Below are positions 12,539 to 26,010 of a DNA stretch of 39,332 nt, one piece after another. Source of the stretch: Octopus sinensis (Eukaryota). The DNA lies in contig NW_021835549.1 of NCBI RefSeq assembly GCF_006345805.1, positions 1 to 39,332 on the forward strand. The letters run 5' to 3'. The notes beneath the pieces are model-generated. The model was not told the DNA's origin, did no database searches, and worked only from the letters and a program-made list of their open reading frames with translations. The translations under genes were made by a program, and so were the position numbers. Within the stretch, counting starts at the first letter, position 1. Every line of letters begins with the position of its first letter.

Positions 12539-14040
12539 GTTTACAACAACAAAAATAGTACAAGCAATAACAATACCCATAATATAAAAATAAAGCAGTA
12601 TTGACTAAGAGGGAAAAGGATGCTACAGACAATGTGGGTAAGTCCATTAAGAGGATAGGTACTTTGATAAATAACTGTTAGAGACGCCATCTTTTCTGAC
12701 TGTCATCTTGTTAACAAACTTATATAAAGATTATTTAATGCGTGGGTAGGAATAATGTGGCTTTTGTTGTTCTTTGTTTAATTCTATCATAACAATTGAT
12801 TAGTTGGGTGACAACAATACAATACAAATTTCGTTGCTGTCAATTTAGATTCATTGTTCCGGCAAACTTGCTGGCAACTTCGCTCTCGTTCACATAAATA
12901 GATACCTCTAACAAGGCTTCCGTCGATGACATATTAACCACACATCAGCGCATTCTTTTATTGTTTTATTCATTAGTTTTTTTTTTGTCTTCGGTTTTGT
13001 TTGTATGAGTCAATGGACTTGTTTGTGCGGACTGGCGTGGGGAAATTGTCAGTTGTGTAATGTCTCGATGCACGTATCCGCGTCGATAGACATGAAATGG
13101 AAGAGCGCAATAAGAATGATAATTGCACGGACGTGTTGAAGAGGATGGAGAAAAGAACTCTAGCCGGTAGAATCTCTGGTACTTAATGGCGTCGACTAAC
13201 AAAAAATGGGAGGATGCAAGCCTATCCGATTGCTAGGTGGGGGCAAGACAGACACATTTTAACAATTTTTTTTTACTCTTACAAGCAATATTTCCCTCAA
13301 CACGGCGCCGATATATATCTAGAGCAAAAGCTGCTGACTTGGACCTTTAGTGTTAGGCATCAGTCTTTCCTCAGACATTTCGCTCAGAACAGAAAGATCT
13401 TGGACAGATAGTGTAAGTCATCCTATCTGAGTCTCTAGTTGTTCTGTCACTCCACCGATGTATATTGCTAAAATTTTATCAAACTCCACCGAAGGCCAAA
13501 TTATTCCTGATGAGGTTTGAACTCAAAGCGAAGAGATACATACGGATACATACGACCATACAGATTTCCAACATATAGAATACACCATAATAATTTTTAA
13601 GCAAAGTTTTCATCAGTGCTAGAGACTAAAATAACTGCATTGTTTCTCTTTGTTATTTTGCGGCAGATTAAATTTAGGGGAAAATACTTAAAGCCTACTA
13701 AAATTAAGAGTGGCAGAAGAAAATAATGGGGTCAAGAAAGAGGAATGGTGATGAGGCTACATTCATCTTTATCCTTATCACATTCAAAAGACTCATTGCA
13801 CCCTGTAGACTACAACCCCTTCGAATTAAATTCATTGAGAGTTGACAGTTAAGTTCTCGTTGGTGGTGATAAATTAATTAATACCAGATACTCATGTCTA
13901 CCGCTATTTTACTGGGACCATAAAACCAGCCATATCTACATATAAGAATATGTCTCAGAAGTCGCTAGTAAGATAATGATAATGATATCATAAAGAATTA
14001 TAATGGTGTATCCTGTGTATTGGAAATCTATATGGTCGTC

Positions 14041-14127
14041 TGCAACCGAGGAGAGCGGTTTATTTCAAATTGATGTAACGCTTTCATTGGTCGATTAAAT
14101 GGAGCCTCTTGAAACGGCCGAAACATA
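14041..14127 (+). ncRNA. Degenerate long-stem-II hammerhead-like motif (paralogue of 28977-29063)
   Basis: CCGAGGA-GAGCGG...CCUCUU-GAAA-CGGCCG-AA. The cleavage triplet is mutated; the inner sequence aligns with the 28989-29046 copy. Confidence 0.45.
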
Positions 14128-14340
14128 CTGATATCTGGACATCCTTGTTAGTTATTTGGATTTTATTCATCTAACTTTAAGCTGTGCCTAGCATACCGGA
14201 AAGATTTTGTGTCTCAACTTATGTACCTAATTCAACTCAATCTTAATTATTTATTACGCATATATGTATTCTTTTATTCGTTTATACGTTTCATCCTTGA
14301 GGCTGCAAACAGGCTAGGGCACCGCCAGTGTATACATTCA

Positions 14341-14414
<74 letters not shown>

Positions 14415-14507
14415 ATCTAAACAAGAAAACACAAAAAACACAACAACGCGAGGACGTGAAACAAATAAAGTATTATTGGATGCTCAGGAAAGAAGGGAAG
14501 AAGGAGG

Positions 14508-14542
14508 GTATAACGTTTCGAGCGGAGCTCTTCGTCGGAAAC
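14508..14542 (-). ncRNA. Minimal hammerhead-like motif (CCGACGA core)
   Basis: Minus strand: GUUU-CCGACGA-A-GAGC-UCC-GCUC-GAAA-CG-UU-AUAC. Palindromic ACGU stem III; stem I 3 of 4 pairs. Confidence 0.55.
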
Positions 14543-14633
14543 ATAGGAGAAGGAAAGATCCCGAGAAGGGAAGACAGGGGAAAATCGCCAACAGTACTCA
14601 CGAGGTCACATATTGATATATATATATATATAT

Positions 14634-14665
<32 letters not shown>

Positions 14666-14667
14666 CA

Positions 14668-14701
<34 letters not shown>

Positions 14702-14916
14702 TATATATATATATGTGTGTAATTTTGTCAGTGAACATGTCGCGGTCTCGAAGCGACGAAAATATTTTGACAGATTAAACTTAAATGTTGAAGTGAATCT
14801 AACGAATTTTGTGTTTCTTAAATGGCTTATAAACCCCTTCCACGCTGCAATTGTTTTCGCTCCAGCACACGATCTCAGATCAGGTCACTTGCTATGCAAG
14901 TACATCTCTCTCTCTC

Positions 14917-15016
<100 letters not shown>

Positions 15017-15300
15017 TATGTATATGTATGTATATGTATATATATATATATGTATGTATTATATACATATATATGTGTGTGTGTGTGTGTTTGTATATGT
15101 ATGTGTGCGGATAGAGAGGGTGAGAGAGATATTATGATGTAAATTCATATTTTAGTTTTCTGAATTAGCAGAACCAGAAATTCTTGGCAAAAATCATTAA
15201 CATTCTATCAAATACCATTATTTGCTTTTTGAGTTATCTTTAATTCGTAAAGAATCCACATTAGATTTCCAGTCTCTTTGGTACTTAATTAAAGTAACAC

Positions 15301-15760
15301 CCCCATATCTCCCTCTCCCCCCTCGCTCTCTCTCCCTCTCTCTCACCCTCTCTCTCCCTCTCCCTCTCTCTCTCCCTCTCCGTCTCTCTCTCTCTTTTTC
15401 TCCGTCTATACGTATGTCTGTCTTTCAGTCTGTAACGCTCTTTTGCTCCCTCCCTTTCTCCCTCTTTCTTTCACTCTCTTTCACTCTCGTTTTCTATTCA
15501 TCTATACGTCTGTCTTTCTCTCAGCCCGTATCTGTCTTGCTCGCACTCTCTCGCTCTTTTCGCTCTCTCCCTTCCACCCTCTTACTCTTTCTATATTCCT
15601 ATTTCTGTCTCTGTCTTTCTTCCTCTCTCTCTCTCTCTCTCTCTCTATTTATCTATCTATCTATGGCTCTCGGTCTATATGCCTGTCCCTTATCTCTCCC
15701 TCTGTCTCTCAATCCACATCTCTCTCTAGCTCTTTCTTTCTTCCCCCTTCTCTCTTTCCA
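15301..15760. repeat. Degenerate (CT)n polypyrimidine/polypurine tract
   Basis: Direct reading; source of SL-repeat ORFs. Confidence 0.92.
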
Positions 15761-16481
15761 TGTATGCGTACACTCATGCGTGTGTGTATGTTGGTGCTGG
15801 TATGTGTGATATCAACATTAGTGTTTATATTGGTGGCGTAACTGTTGAACTCGACATGCACGTTCCACTGTGTGCTTACGAAATAAACTGCTCCAGAAAT
15901 TCGAAATTAAAATATACATGGCGAACAGAAACAAGGAAAATCTAAACCAGCAAAGTTAGCAAAACCCTACAGGAACGGAGTGAACAGCAACCAAAACAAA
16001 GGCACTTTCTCAGTCTCAAATAAGAAAAAAAAAACGACGTTTGTGAAATGTGAATTTTGTATAGGAGATCTAGCTCAACCTCTTTTGCATGGTCTAGTCC
16101 TTCTTAACTTAGAACAGAAATGATCTACCATCTTCTTATTTACATATATTGCACTTAGCTCAAACTAAAATGGACGGGAAAAAACTAATTCAAAACGGAG
16201 AGTGTAATGGAAGTAGGGAAGGCATTCAATAACTGATAACGAACACCGTACCACCGTATATTACAAATACTGACTTCAATAACTATTTCTTTATCTGTTT
16301 ATGTATTAATCCATTTGTCTATCCACCAATCTATCTATCTGTGGGTCAATATGGCTATATATTTTTCTATCTATCTATCTATCTATCTATATATATATAT
16401 ATATATGTATATAAATGTATATATATATATGTGTGTGTGTGTGCGTATGCATTTCTACATATTTATATGCACATACATACA

Positions 16482-16591
<110 letters not shown>

Positions 16592-16884
16592 AAGAGTGAG
16601 AGAGAGCTTAAATACTGAGATTGAAATAAAATGGAGTCGCATGAAACGATCGTACTGCATTATCTCTGGATATATTTGTTGCTTATTTTGATAATAATCT
16701 CCTTATTTTAAATTATATGGATAATAACATAAAACATTCTGGTGCCTTCAACTTAAGTAACATATTCATCAGAATCTAAATGTTACCGAACTTATATATA
16801 TATATATATATATATATACTCTTTTATTCATTTACTGACTCCATGCTGAAGCACCGCCTTATATATAGAGACAGGCAGAGAGGC

Positions 16885-16887
16885 AAG

Positions 16888-16959
<72 letters not shown>

Positions 16960-16984
16960 GAGATAGATAGATAGATAGACAGAC

Positions 16985-17028
<44 letters not shown>

Positions 17029-17043
17029 GACAGACAGACAGAC

Positions 17044-17110
<67 letters not shown>
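16885..17110. repeat. Compound (GATA)n/(GACA)n microsatellite
   Basis: Direct reading. Confidence 0.97.
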
Positions 17111-17112
<2 letters not shown>

Positions 17113-17519
17113 AAGTGTTTTCTGAACTGATACATTGCGACAGATGAAAAACGATGAGTATTTGCCACCGTCACCATCACAGTATTGTTGCATATGAATG
17201 ACCCACAGGATAAGATCAAATAAATAATCTCTCTTGGTTTCGTTTGCTTTCTCAACCATTAATTTCGCATTGATCGAAACCCAGCCAAAATCAGATGTTC
17301 AAATCTAAAGGAAACAACAGTATATAAAATAAGAAACAATAAAATAAAATAAAATAAAATAAAATAAAATAAAATAAAAAAAATAATGATTGACCAATTA
17401 AAATCTTGACCGCCATTAATAATTCATTTGTATTTCCTTAATAACTTTATATGTGATTTTATTAAACAAACAATATACACAAAAGTCGGAAATGTTAACG
17501 GGAGAAAACACGCGAAGGA

Positions 17520-17558
<39 letters not shown>

Positions 17559-17754
17559 ACAAACATATTCGGCATCACTGACCCAAGCACTAATGTAATT
17601 GGTTTTTCTTTTTCTTTTTTTTTTTGCTGCTGTTGTATATTCTTTGTTGCACTGCTTTCATTTTTTTTAAAGTATTTTTCTTTCGTTTTCAGTGTTACAT
17701 TTATTTGCTAGTGTTTTTTTTTTCTAAATATTTTGTACAACCAATACGATTATA

Positions 17755-17785
<31 letters not shown>

Positions 17786-17958
17786 TGATGATGATATTTT
17801 TTTCATAGTATAAATGTATTGTTGTTTTTTTTTTCATTTAGAAAAGAAAGAAAACAATAAATATATAACATGAAATTCATTTAAGCTATCAATAAATTAT
17901 AATTTCTTCAGAAACGAGGTATTTCGTTGGTAATTGCTCATATCGTTAAATAATAATA

Positions 17959-18013
<55 letters not shown>

Positions 18014-18404
18014 CAACAATGATAATAATGATAATTAGAAGATGATGATGAAGAAGAAGAAGAAGAAGAGAAGAAGAAGAAGAAGAAGAAGAAGAAATAT
18101 TTATAATTATAATAATAATAATTAGAAGCAGACAAAATATAATTAATCAATTTATTTAGTCAAACGGATAACTTCCTTTTTAAATCTCTCCTGGAATTAG
18201 TTTTTTTTTATGTTTGTATTACTAATACGATGAATGTGATGATGATGATCATAATTATTACTCCTATTATTACTAATATTATCATCATCAATTATTATTA
18301 TTGTTGTTGTTGTTATTATTATTTTTTATTTATCATTCGTATTGTTTAAAGTACATCACATCCAGCCGTCATACGCGAGCAAGTATGATTTATTCCACGC
18401 TGTT

Positions 18405-18463
<59 letters not shown>

Positions 18464-18724
18464 TAAATTGATTAATAGGGATAGCAAGTAAAATTATGAG
18501 GGAGAAAAAAGGAAGTAACTGTACCTGGCCACTAATCATTATATTTGAGTGGAGTGAAACAACACGCCGCATTCTCTATTACTTAATCGAGTGGTCTTAT
18601 ACTCGAATGCTGTAAGCAATAGGTCATCACCTATCGTTTTTATTCTACAAGACATGAAATGAATGACTGAATTAATATTGGTGTCAAATAGTGACACAAT
18701 GCTAGCAATTTCGGTGAGACTCCT

Positions 18725-19046
18725 GTACTCAGCTAGTACATATTTATCGACCTCAAAACGATGAAAGGCAAAATCAAGCTGGGCAAAAATTCGAACGCTT
18801 AGCGAAAAGTCGTCAGAAATATCGCTAAGATTCCTTCCGGCACAGGAACGATTCTGTTAGCTCTCCCACTTAAAGTCTGAATTGATATTCTGTTCTATCT
18901 TAGGCACAAGGCCCGAAATTTTGGGCGAGGTGAAGGCAGTCGATTAGATCAACCCCAGTACACAAGTGATACTTAACTTATCGAAACCGAAATTGTGGAA
19001 GGCAAAGTCGACATCAGCAGAATTTTAACTCAGAACGTAAAGACAG
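18725..19046 (-). mobile_element. Two adjacent diverged family C SINE copies (18725-18868 and 18903-19046)
   Basis: TTTATCGACCTC...GATGAAAGGCAAA and GAAGGCAAAGTCGACATCAGCAGAATTTTAACTCAGAACGTAAAG blocks. Confidence 0.72.
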
Positions 19047-19233
19047 AATGTCTGAATTAATATTGCTACGAGTTCAGACAGGTTGTTGTTTATCAGGTTT
19101 ATAGCGATATTCCCCAACACTAAACAATTGGTATTATCTTCTTTGTGGCTTCAAAATACATCATCTTAATTCAAGAAAGGTAGATCAGGAATATTATATA
19201 GTTGCGAATACTTCTGAAAATACGGAAGATGTA

Positions 19234-19628
19234 CGACTGGAGCGGTTTTGATGATGTATCTGTACAATCTGGATTAAGATATACAAGGATTTGATAAACT
19301 AATCTATAAATTCGACTGGAGCGGTTTTGATGATGTGTCTGTACAATCTGGATTAAGATATACAAGGATTTGATAAACTAATCTATAGATTCGACTGGAG
19401 CGGTTTTGATGATGTGTCTGTACAATCTGGATTAAGATATACAAGGATTTGATAAACTGATCTATAAATTCGACTGGAGCGGTTTTGATGATGTGTCTGT
19501 ACAATCTGGATTAAGATATACAAGGATTTGATAAACTGATCTATAAATTCGACTGGAGCGGTTTTGATGATGTGTCTGTACAATCTGGATTAAGATATAC
19601 AAGGATTTCATAATCTAGTCTATAAATT
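19234..19628. repeat. Minisatellite, 5 x 79 bp
   Basis: CGACTGGAGCGG starts at 19234, 19313, 19392, 19471 and 19550; units are near-identical. Confidence 0.97.
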
Positions 19629-19807
19629 AAAACCGACCCATAAAAACAAAAAAACAAAAAAATCAGTGACAAGCAGAGACTGTAATAATGTATATCTTCT
19701 TGATAACTTAGTAACTTCTATACTGGTGTAACGTCTGTGCTGAAATACCATAAGAATACCAGCAATGATTGCTTTGATCTTCTGCAGGTTTAGCTATAAC
19801 TATTTCT

Positions 19808-19945
19808 TTATTACCCACAAGGGGCTAAACACAGAGGGGACAAACAAGGACATCGACCCCAGTGCGTAACTGGTACTTAATTTATCGACCCCGAAAGGAT
19901 GAAAGGCAAAGTCGACCTCGGCGGAATTTGAACTCACAACGTAAA
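19808..19945 (-). mobile_element. Family C SINE fragment with the CCCACAAGGGGCTAAACACAGAGGGG tail
   Basis: Near-identical to the units of the 25122-25634 trimer, with a short internal deletion. Confidence 0.85.
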
Positions 19946-20785
19946 TACACAAGATACAACGAAGACTGCTGATGGGATAGCTGAGAATTTAGATGGTACC
20001 AAATTACAGAAGTTGTTATTTAAATAAATTATGCTAATATTTTTTTTAAAATGAAGAACCACACGGTGGAAATAATAGTCAATACAATTTCAGAGTGTTT
20101 TCAACAAGACAAACATCGTCTCGCTACTTTCTATTTACAAACACAACGTATATTATACAATTACATAAGCATACACCATTCACTAACGGGGTTACGTACG
20201 GAAATGATACTTACTATTTTGCTATTTATGCCCAAAAAAAACACGCACACATTGTGTATGTGCCTGTGTTTGTAGGTGTGTATGTGTATATATATATATA
20301 TAAACAAAAAGGGTAATAATATAGATTACTACCAGTGGCTCAGCACAAAAGATGAATTAGTCATTAGACAAAATATTATTCATATAGAAAAATATTATTC
20401 ATGTAGAAATATAATTAAGGGCTCCTAAATAAGGATGCCAAGTGCTGGGAACACAAAAAGGAGATAAATTTATCGAGAGTGAAAATCAAAAACATTTACC
20501 GATAACTTTACATCTCGGACTGATATCAGTTTCTACCTCTTTCTAGCAAAACACAGAATGTTTGCTAAGGCTGGTTTCATCAGCGAGACGCCTAAATTGA
20601 ATCGAGATACGCAGCGCGTTAGACCATGTGTTGATCTCAACAACTAGCAGATCTTAACTTTTCAAATCTCTGCGCAGACGCAAAATATACCCGGCGATAT
20701 AGGGCATGCCGGGAAAAAATTTTACGAATAAATCTATCAAGTAATATGCGAATATAAACAAAAAGGGTAATGATATAGATTACTA

Positions 20786-20826
<41 letters not shown>

Positions 20827-21727
20827 TAGAGATAAAACCACTATTAGGCAAATCAAACAGTGAAAAACATAAGCCAAAACATAGAAATAATATTAATTCA
20901 TATAAAATACAAAATATATAAAATATAAAATTCAAAATTTAAATTATATGTATATGTATGTGTATATCTTTATCAATAGCTTTAGATTGTTTCAGCTTTA
21001 AAGCTGCGGTCATGCTTAAATGTATGTAGATATATATGTATATATAAAACCTTGCCTTGGAAAAATTCAATGTTCCATTAAAACAAATTAAATCTTTTGC
21101 AACTGACAGAAAATTAAAGTAGGAAAATATTTGGACATGCGTGCGAGTATTTCAGAGCGATCGAATTGAGGGCTGTGAACTGAAAAGAAAACTGTGTGAA
21201 GAGGAATTCTCCGACACCTCAGGACAAAATTCATATCAGTACGAGGTATGTGGCTGGATCTGCCTTGTAAAATATGATCTAAAATCTGATTCACGATCAC
21301 ACGAGCACTTTAACCCCCACAATGTCATCATCCTATGCAAGAAATTGCTCTTCAGTCTCAATTTTTATCAAAAGGTGTGTAAATCCTCTTGTGGGGTTAA
21401 ACAGATTATTAAACGTGCATGAAAGGCACAATGAAATAACAGCTTCAGAGCTGAGGCATTTTTGCAATATTTGGGGAACGCTTTCTAAGAATACCATATC
21501 TGTTCTCACTTGAGGATTTAATGTTATACTTGTGCTTGAAATGGTCAAGTTTTGTTTCAGAGCAGACTGCATTCATATATATATGTACTCATATATATAT
21601 ATATAAAGAAATATATAGTCTAATGACTAATTCGTCTTTTGTGCTAGGCTACCGGTAATAATAATTTATCATTACCCTATTTTATTATGTTTATATATAT
21701 ATATATGTATATATATGTTTGTATAGT

Positions 21728-22036
21728 GGGTGCGCAATGGCCCTGCGGTTGGGGCAGCGGATTTGCGTTCATAGGATCGCGGTTTCGATTCTCAGACCGG
21801 GCGTTGTGAGTTATTATTGAGCGAAAACACCTAAAGCTCTACAAGGCTCCGGCAAGGGTAGGTGGCGATCCTTGCCGTACTCTTTCGCCGCAAGTTTCTC
21901 TCACTCTTTCTTCTGCTGGCCGGCTCGTTTAGCCAGCGGGGTGGTGTCACTTCAAGGCTAAAACAATGCGAAGCGCATTGTGACCAGCAATGTGTAGCAA
22001 CATCTGATAGCCTGGTCTGTCACGTGATCTTGTGAT
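21728..22036 (+). mobile_element. tRNA-derived SINE, family A (copy 2)
   Basis: Colinear with 9808-10110. Confidence 0.85.
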
Positions 22037-22334
22037 ATATATATATATATAGATACACATATATATGTATATATATACACATACACACACATATATATAT
22101 ATGTATATGTGCATATGTACATGTATGTATGTGTGTATGTATGTATGTATATGTACGTACGTATGTATGTATGTATGTATGTATGTATGTATGTATGCAT
22201 GTATGTATGCATGTATAGCAATTCTTGTATCATGCTAAATGCAGATACATCACGGAATAACAAACGACTTTGCTGTTCGGCGTTATATATATCTTATAGA
22301 ATACAGTTTTAGAAAGCACAAATATATACCAATA

Positions 22335-22660
22335 GGCGTAGGAGTGGCTGTGTGGTAAGTAGCTTGCTTATCAACCACATGGTTCCGTGTTTCTTCCTAC
22401 TGCGTGGCACCTTGGGCAAGTGTCTTCTACTATAGCCTCGGGCCGACCAAAGCCTTGTGAGTGGATTTGGTGACGGAAACTGAAAGAAGCCCGTCGTATA
22501 TATTTATATATTTATATGTGAGCGTATTAGTGTATCTTTGTTTGTCCCCTAACATCGCTTGACAACCGATGCTGGTGTGTTTACGTCCTCGTAACTTAGC
22601 GGTGGTCCTCCAGCATGGCCATAGTCACCTGTCTGTAACGAGTAAGGAGTAAAGAGTAAT
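22335..22660 (+). mobile_element. tRNA-derived SINE, family B, near full length with internal deletion
   Basis: Head GGCGTAGGAGTGGCTGTGTGGTAAG, body GCACCTTGGGCAAGTG, tail CTCCAGCATGGCC...GAGTAAAGAGTAA. Further pieces at 16825-16860(-), 27950-28110(+), 33140-33211(-), 35215-35360(+), 35650-36040(-). Confidence 0.85.
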
Positions 22661-22872
22661 AGCGGAAGAAATTCACGCACCAGTAGTATTGGAATTGTTA
22701 GATGGACATTTCTACATCTTTCAGTTCCTTCAGTACCAAAATACACAGTGGCAACCGCTTGCCGAGGCAAAATGTGTCTACCTACATAAAACTTAGATAT
22801 GTTTCGACCAGAGATTGGTCCAGGCCATGTCTAACTTAATAGCACCACCTGATAGGATTATTCGAATCCTGT

Positions 22873-23150
22873 TTAAGTCAAGTTTTGTTCAAGTAGTGAG
22901 TTCTTGTTGGGTGAGTTGTATCCAATTATGGGTGGCTTATCTGGTATTCTTTGAAGGAATCTATCCAGACTCTGTTTAAAGTTGATGGGATCCTTTTCCT
23001 CTTTGATCTCCCTCGGGACAATGTTAAATAGGACAGGGCCTGTTGAGGAAAAGAAATTATGTTGCAGTGTACATGCATGTTGTGATCTTGAATTTGGCAG
23101 GGGACGTATAGCCTGTGGTCCAAGTCTTGGATGAGCATTTGAAACTAATA
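22873..23150 (-). mobile_element. CR1-group LINE, C-terminal end of ORF2
   Basis: HNFFSSTGPVLFNIVPREIKEEKDPINFKQSLDRFLQRIPDKPPIIGYNSPNKNSLL fits the CR1/L2-group terminal pattern F...GP.LFN.LP..I.......FK..LD.FL..IPD.P...GY. Confidence 0.8.
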
Positions 23151-23574
23151 GGGACTCAGTTGCATATAACGAAATTGTATCAAAGCTGTCGGCAAATAGC
23201 AACATCAGTGATTTCTTATCCAGTAATTCTTTCTCTGTATCAGTAACGTCGTAGTAATTTGAACTTCCATGAAGCATCTGTATGCTATTTTAAGTGTATA
23301 TTGCTTCGGTTGCACATGGCAATTTTCATAGATATTTTCTTAAGGTATCCTGATCATTCATATCCAATGGCATTGATACAATTCAAATACTAATTACTCC
23401 TCGTGTATCGTATTTACTGAATATAAAGGGCATAGAAAAGATGTTCTTACATTTATTCATATTTCATACGCAGTCAGGTATTTACCGTACGCACAAACAC
23501 ATACGCATATGTATGTATTCATGTATGGATATGGCTATATATACATGTAAGTGTAAATCCATATGCGCGTGTAT

Positions 23575-23945
<371 letters not shown>

Positions 23946-24107
23946 GGTATGAAATACATATACATATATATGAATATGCATGTACATATATATTTATGCA
24001 GTTATGTGTAGCAATATTTACATATGACTATACATGCATAACCCTCTGGGCACACGCATACAAACACATAGATACACACACATATTTGTTATTTGTTTTT
24101 TTCTTCG

Positions 24108-24140
<33 letters not shown>

Positions 24141-25121
24141 TGCTATTTAAATGCCTGTGCCTTTCTATCCCCCGTGCCCTTCGTCATATATTCTTATATG
24201 TATTTCTGTACCTCTTTGATTCTTTCACATATCTGTTATTTTATCTGGCACCAGTTCGCTATCAAATTCTTCAGACATATCACGCATCTCCGTCTTTCAC
24301 CATTCGCTTCATCAACTCGTACTGTCTACAGCTTCCTTCCTGTTCTTTACACCAACTGATATTTATAATCCTTATACTAACAACGTACTTTCTTTTACTT
24401 CTCTATCAAGTCCCTTTCATTGAAACTTGGAAGTCACGTTCGCTTTGTGTATCCTGAGTAATATATAATAAATATTTTATGTGAGCTGTCGTGTTCGTTT
24501 TCAGTAGATGCTTACTAGCTGTTTTATTCTAAAGCGAAACAGTCACTTCAAAACGTCATAAAGATATAAAGAGATTTAAAGATACGAATGAGACTCAATA
24601 TGAAAATGAACAAGAATATTGACGGGTCGTTTAGTCGAAGTGTACTATATCATACATACTAATAACGATGGCATGTGTAGTGGTGATGGTGGGCGCGGGT
24701 TGTAAATATACATTTGATGGTGTGTTACGCGTTCATATGATTATATATACACAGTAAACATGTCTGTAACACGTGACAGGGGAACACTTGTATGTACACA
24801 CACATAATGTATCTATACATCCATCCATACATCCATCTATGCATGCATCCATCCATCCATCCATACATACATACATACATGCATACATACTTACATACAC
24901 ACATAGATACATACATTCATACTTATATACATACATGCATTTATACATACGTGGCCAAAAGTTTCGAAATATTTTTTTGAAATTAAAATTGTTATGCTCA
25001 AGAACAATTCGATTGAAATATATACGACATACACCTAATAATTGATCCAATGGTTCAATTCTAAATGTCAGAGCTATGTTCCAAACGTTTGGTCAAATAA
25101 TGATATATTCTATTCTACTCT

Positions 25122-25634
25122 GAGCACAAGGCTTGAAATTTTGGGGGAGGTGGCCAGTCGATTAGACCGACTCAAGTACGCAACTGGTACTTGAGTTATC
25201 AACCCCGAAAGCAAGAAAGGCCAAGTCGACCTCGGCGGAATTTGAACTCAAAACATAAAAACGGAGGAAATACCTATTTCTTTACTACCCACAAGGGGCT
25301 AATCACAGAGGGTACAATCAAGGACAGACAAACGGATTAAGTCGATTATATTGACTTCACTGCGTAACTGGTACTTATTTAATCGACACCGAAAGGATGA
25401 AAGGCAAAGTCGATCTCGGTGGAATTTGAACTCAGAACGTAGCGGCAGACGAAATACCTATTTCTTTTACTACCCACAAGGGGCTAAACACAGAGGGGAC
25501 AATCAAGGACAGATAAACGGATCAAGTCGATTATATCGACCCCAGTGCGTAACTGTTACTTAAGTTATCGACCCCTAAAGGATGAAAAGCAAAGTCGACC
25601 TCAGCGGAATTTTATCTCAAAACATAAAACAGAC
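25122..25634 (-). mobile_element. Tandem trimer of family C SINE bodies, period ~185 bp
   Basis: GTCGATT anchors at 25157, 25341 and 25526, joined by CTATTTCTTTACTACCCACAAGGGGCTAA...ACGGAT(T/C)AA. Confidence 0.9.
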
Positions 25635-25812
25635 TAAATAGTGAGAGATTAATAATATATTGCAAATGAACTATAAATTGGACACGATATAAAAATTCTA
25701 ATTTCTAGAGCTATCTTCCAAACTCTGGCCACGACAGTACATACATACATTCATACATACAATACATACATACATACATACATACATACATACATACATA
25801 CATACATACATA

Positions 25813-26010
25813 CGACAGTGTGCTGAAAAGTCCCTGCATCTAGATAAAAGAAAATGCAGGAGAGACAGTTAATTATAATTTTATTCAACACATTCCTCCC
25901 TCAGATTCACATACTTATTGCAACGGCCTTCAGTTTTTCTGAGCCCTGTAAAGGAACTCGGGAGTTAGGGCTACCAACCAGTTCTCTCGCAACACCCTTA
26001 AAATCAAGAT
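25813..26010 (-). mobile_element. 3' relic of a second mariner family
   Basis: TA followed by TIR-like CGACAGTGTGCTGAAAAGT. Minus strand reads ENWLVALTPEF/FTGLRKTEGRCNKYVNLREECVE* (stop at 25881-25883), like mariner F..GI.KL..RW.KCV...G.YVE*. Confidence 0.7.

Noticed and set aside
13060-13100. Kinase-like GYVHRDI in minus-strand ORF 12966-13202
   Set aside because: It is not followed by K..N, has no other kinase motifs and no suitable splice donor; likely chance.
13508-13535. CUGAUGAG-GUUUG/CAAAG-C-GAAG hammerhead-like string
   Set aside because: It has GAAG instead of GAAA and no stem III or NUH; the sequence resembles the SINE TTTGAACTCA block.
19234-19628. 79-bp array as a CRISPR array, retrozyme multimer or coding repeat
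   Set aside because: It has no unique spacers, no GAAA/NUH ribozyme half on either strand, and the unit is not a multiple of 3 (stops occur).
20689-20713. GC hairpin as a Helitron 3' end
   Set aside because: There is no CTRR terminus at the expected distance.
23151-23277. LLFADSFDT as the RT (Y/F)ADD motif joined to the CR1 C-terminus
   Set aside because: The motif is incomplete and would need a large in-frame deletion; not supportable without alignment.
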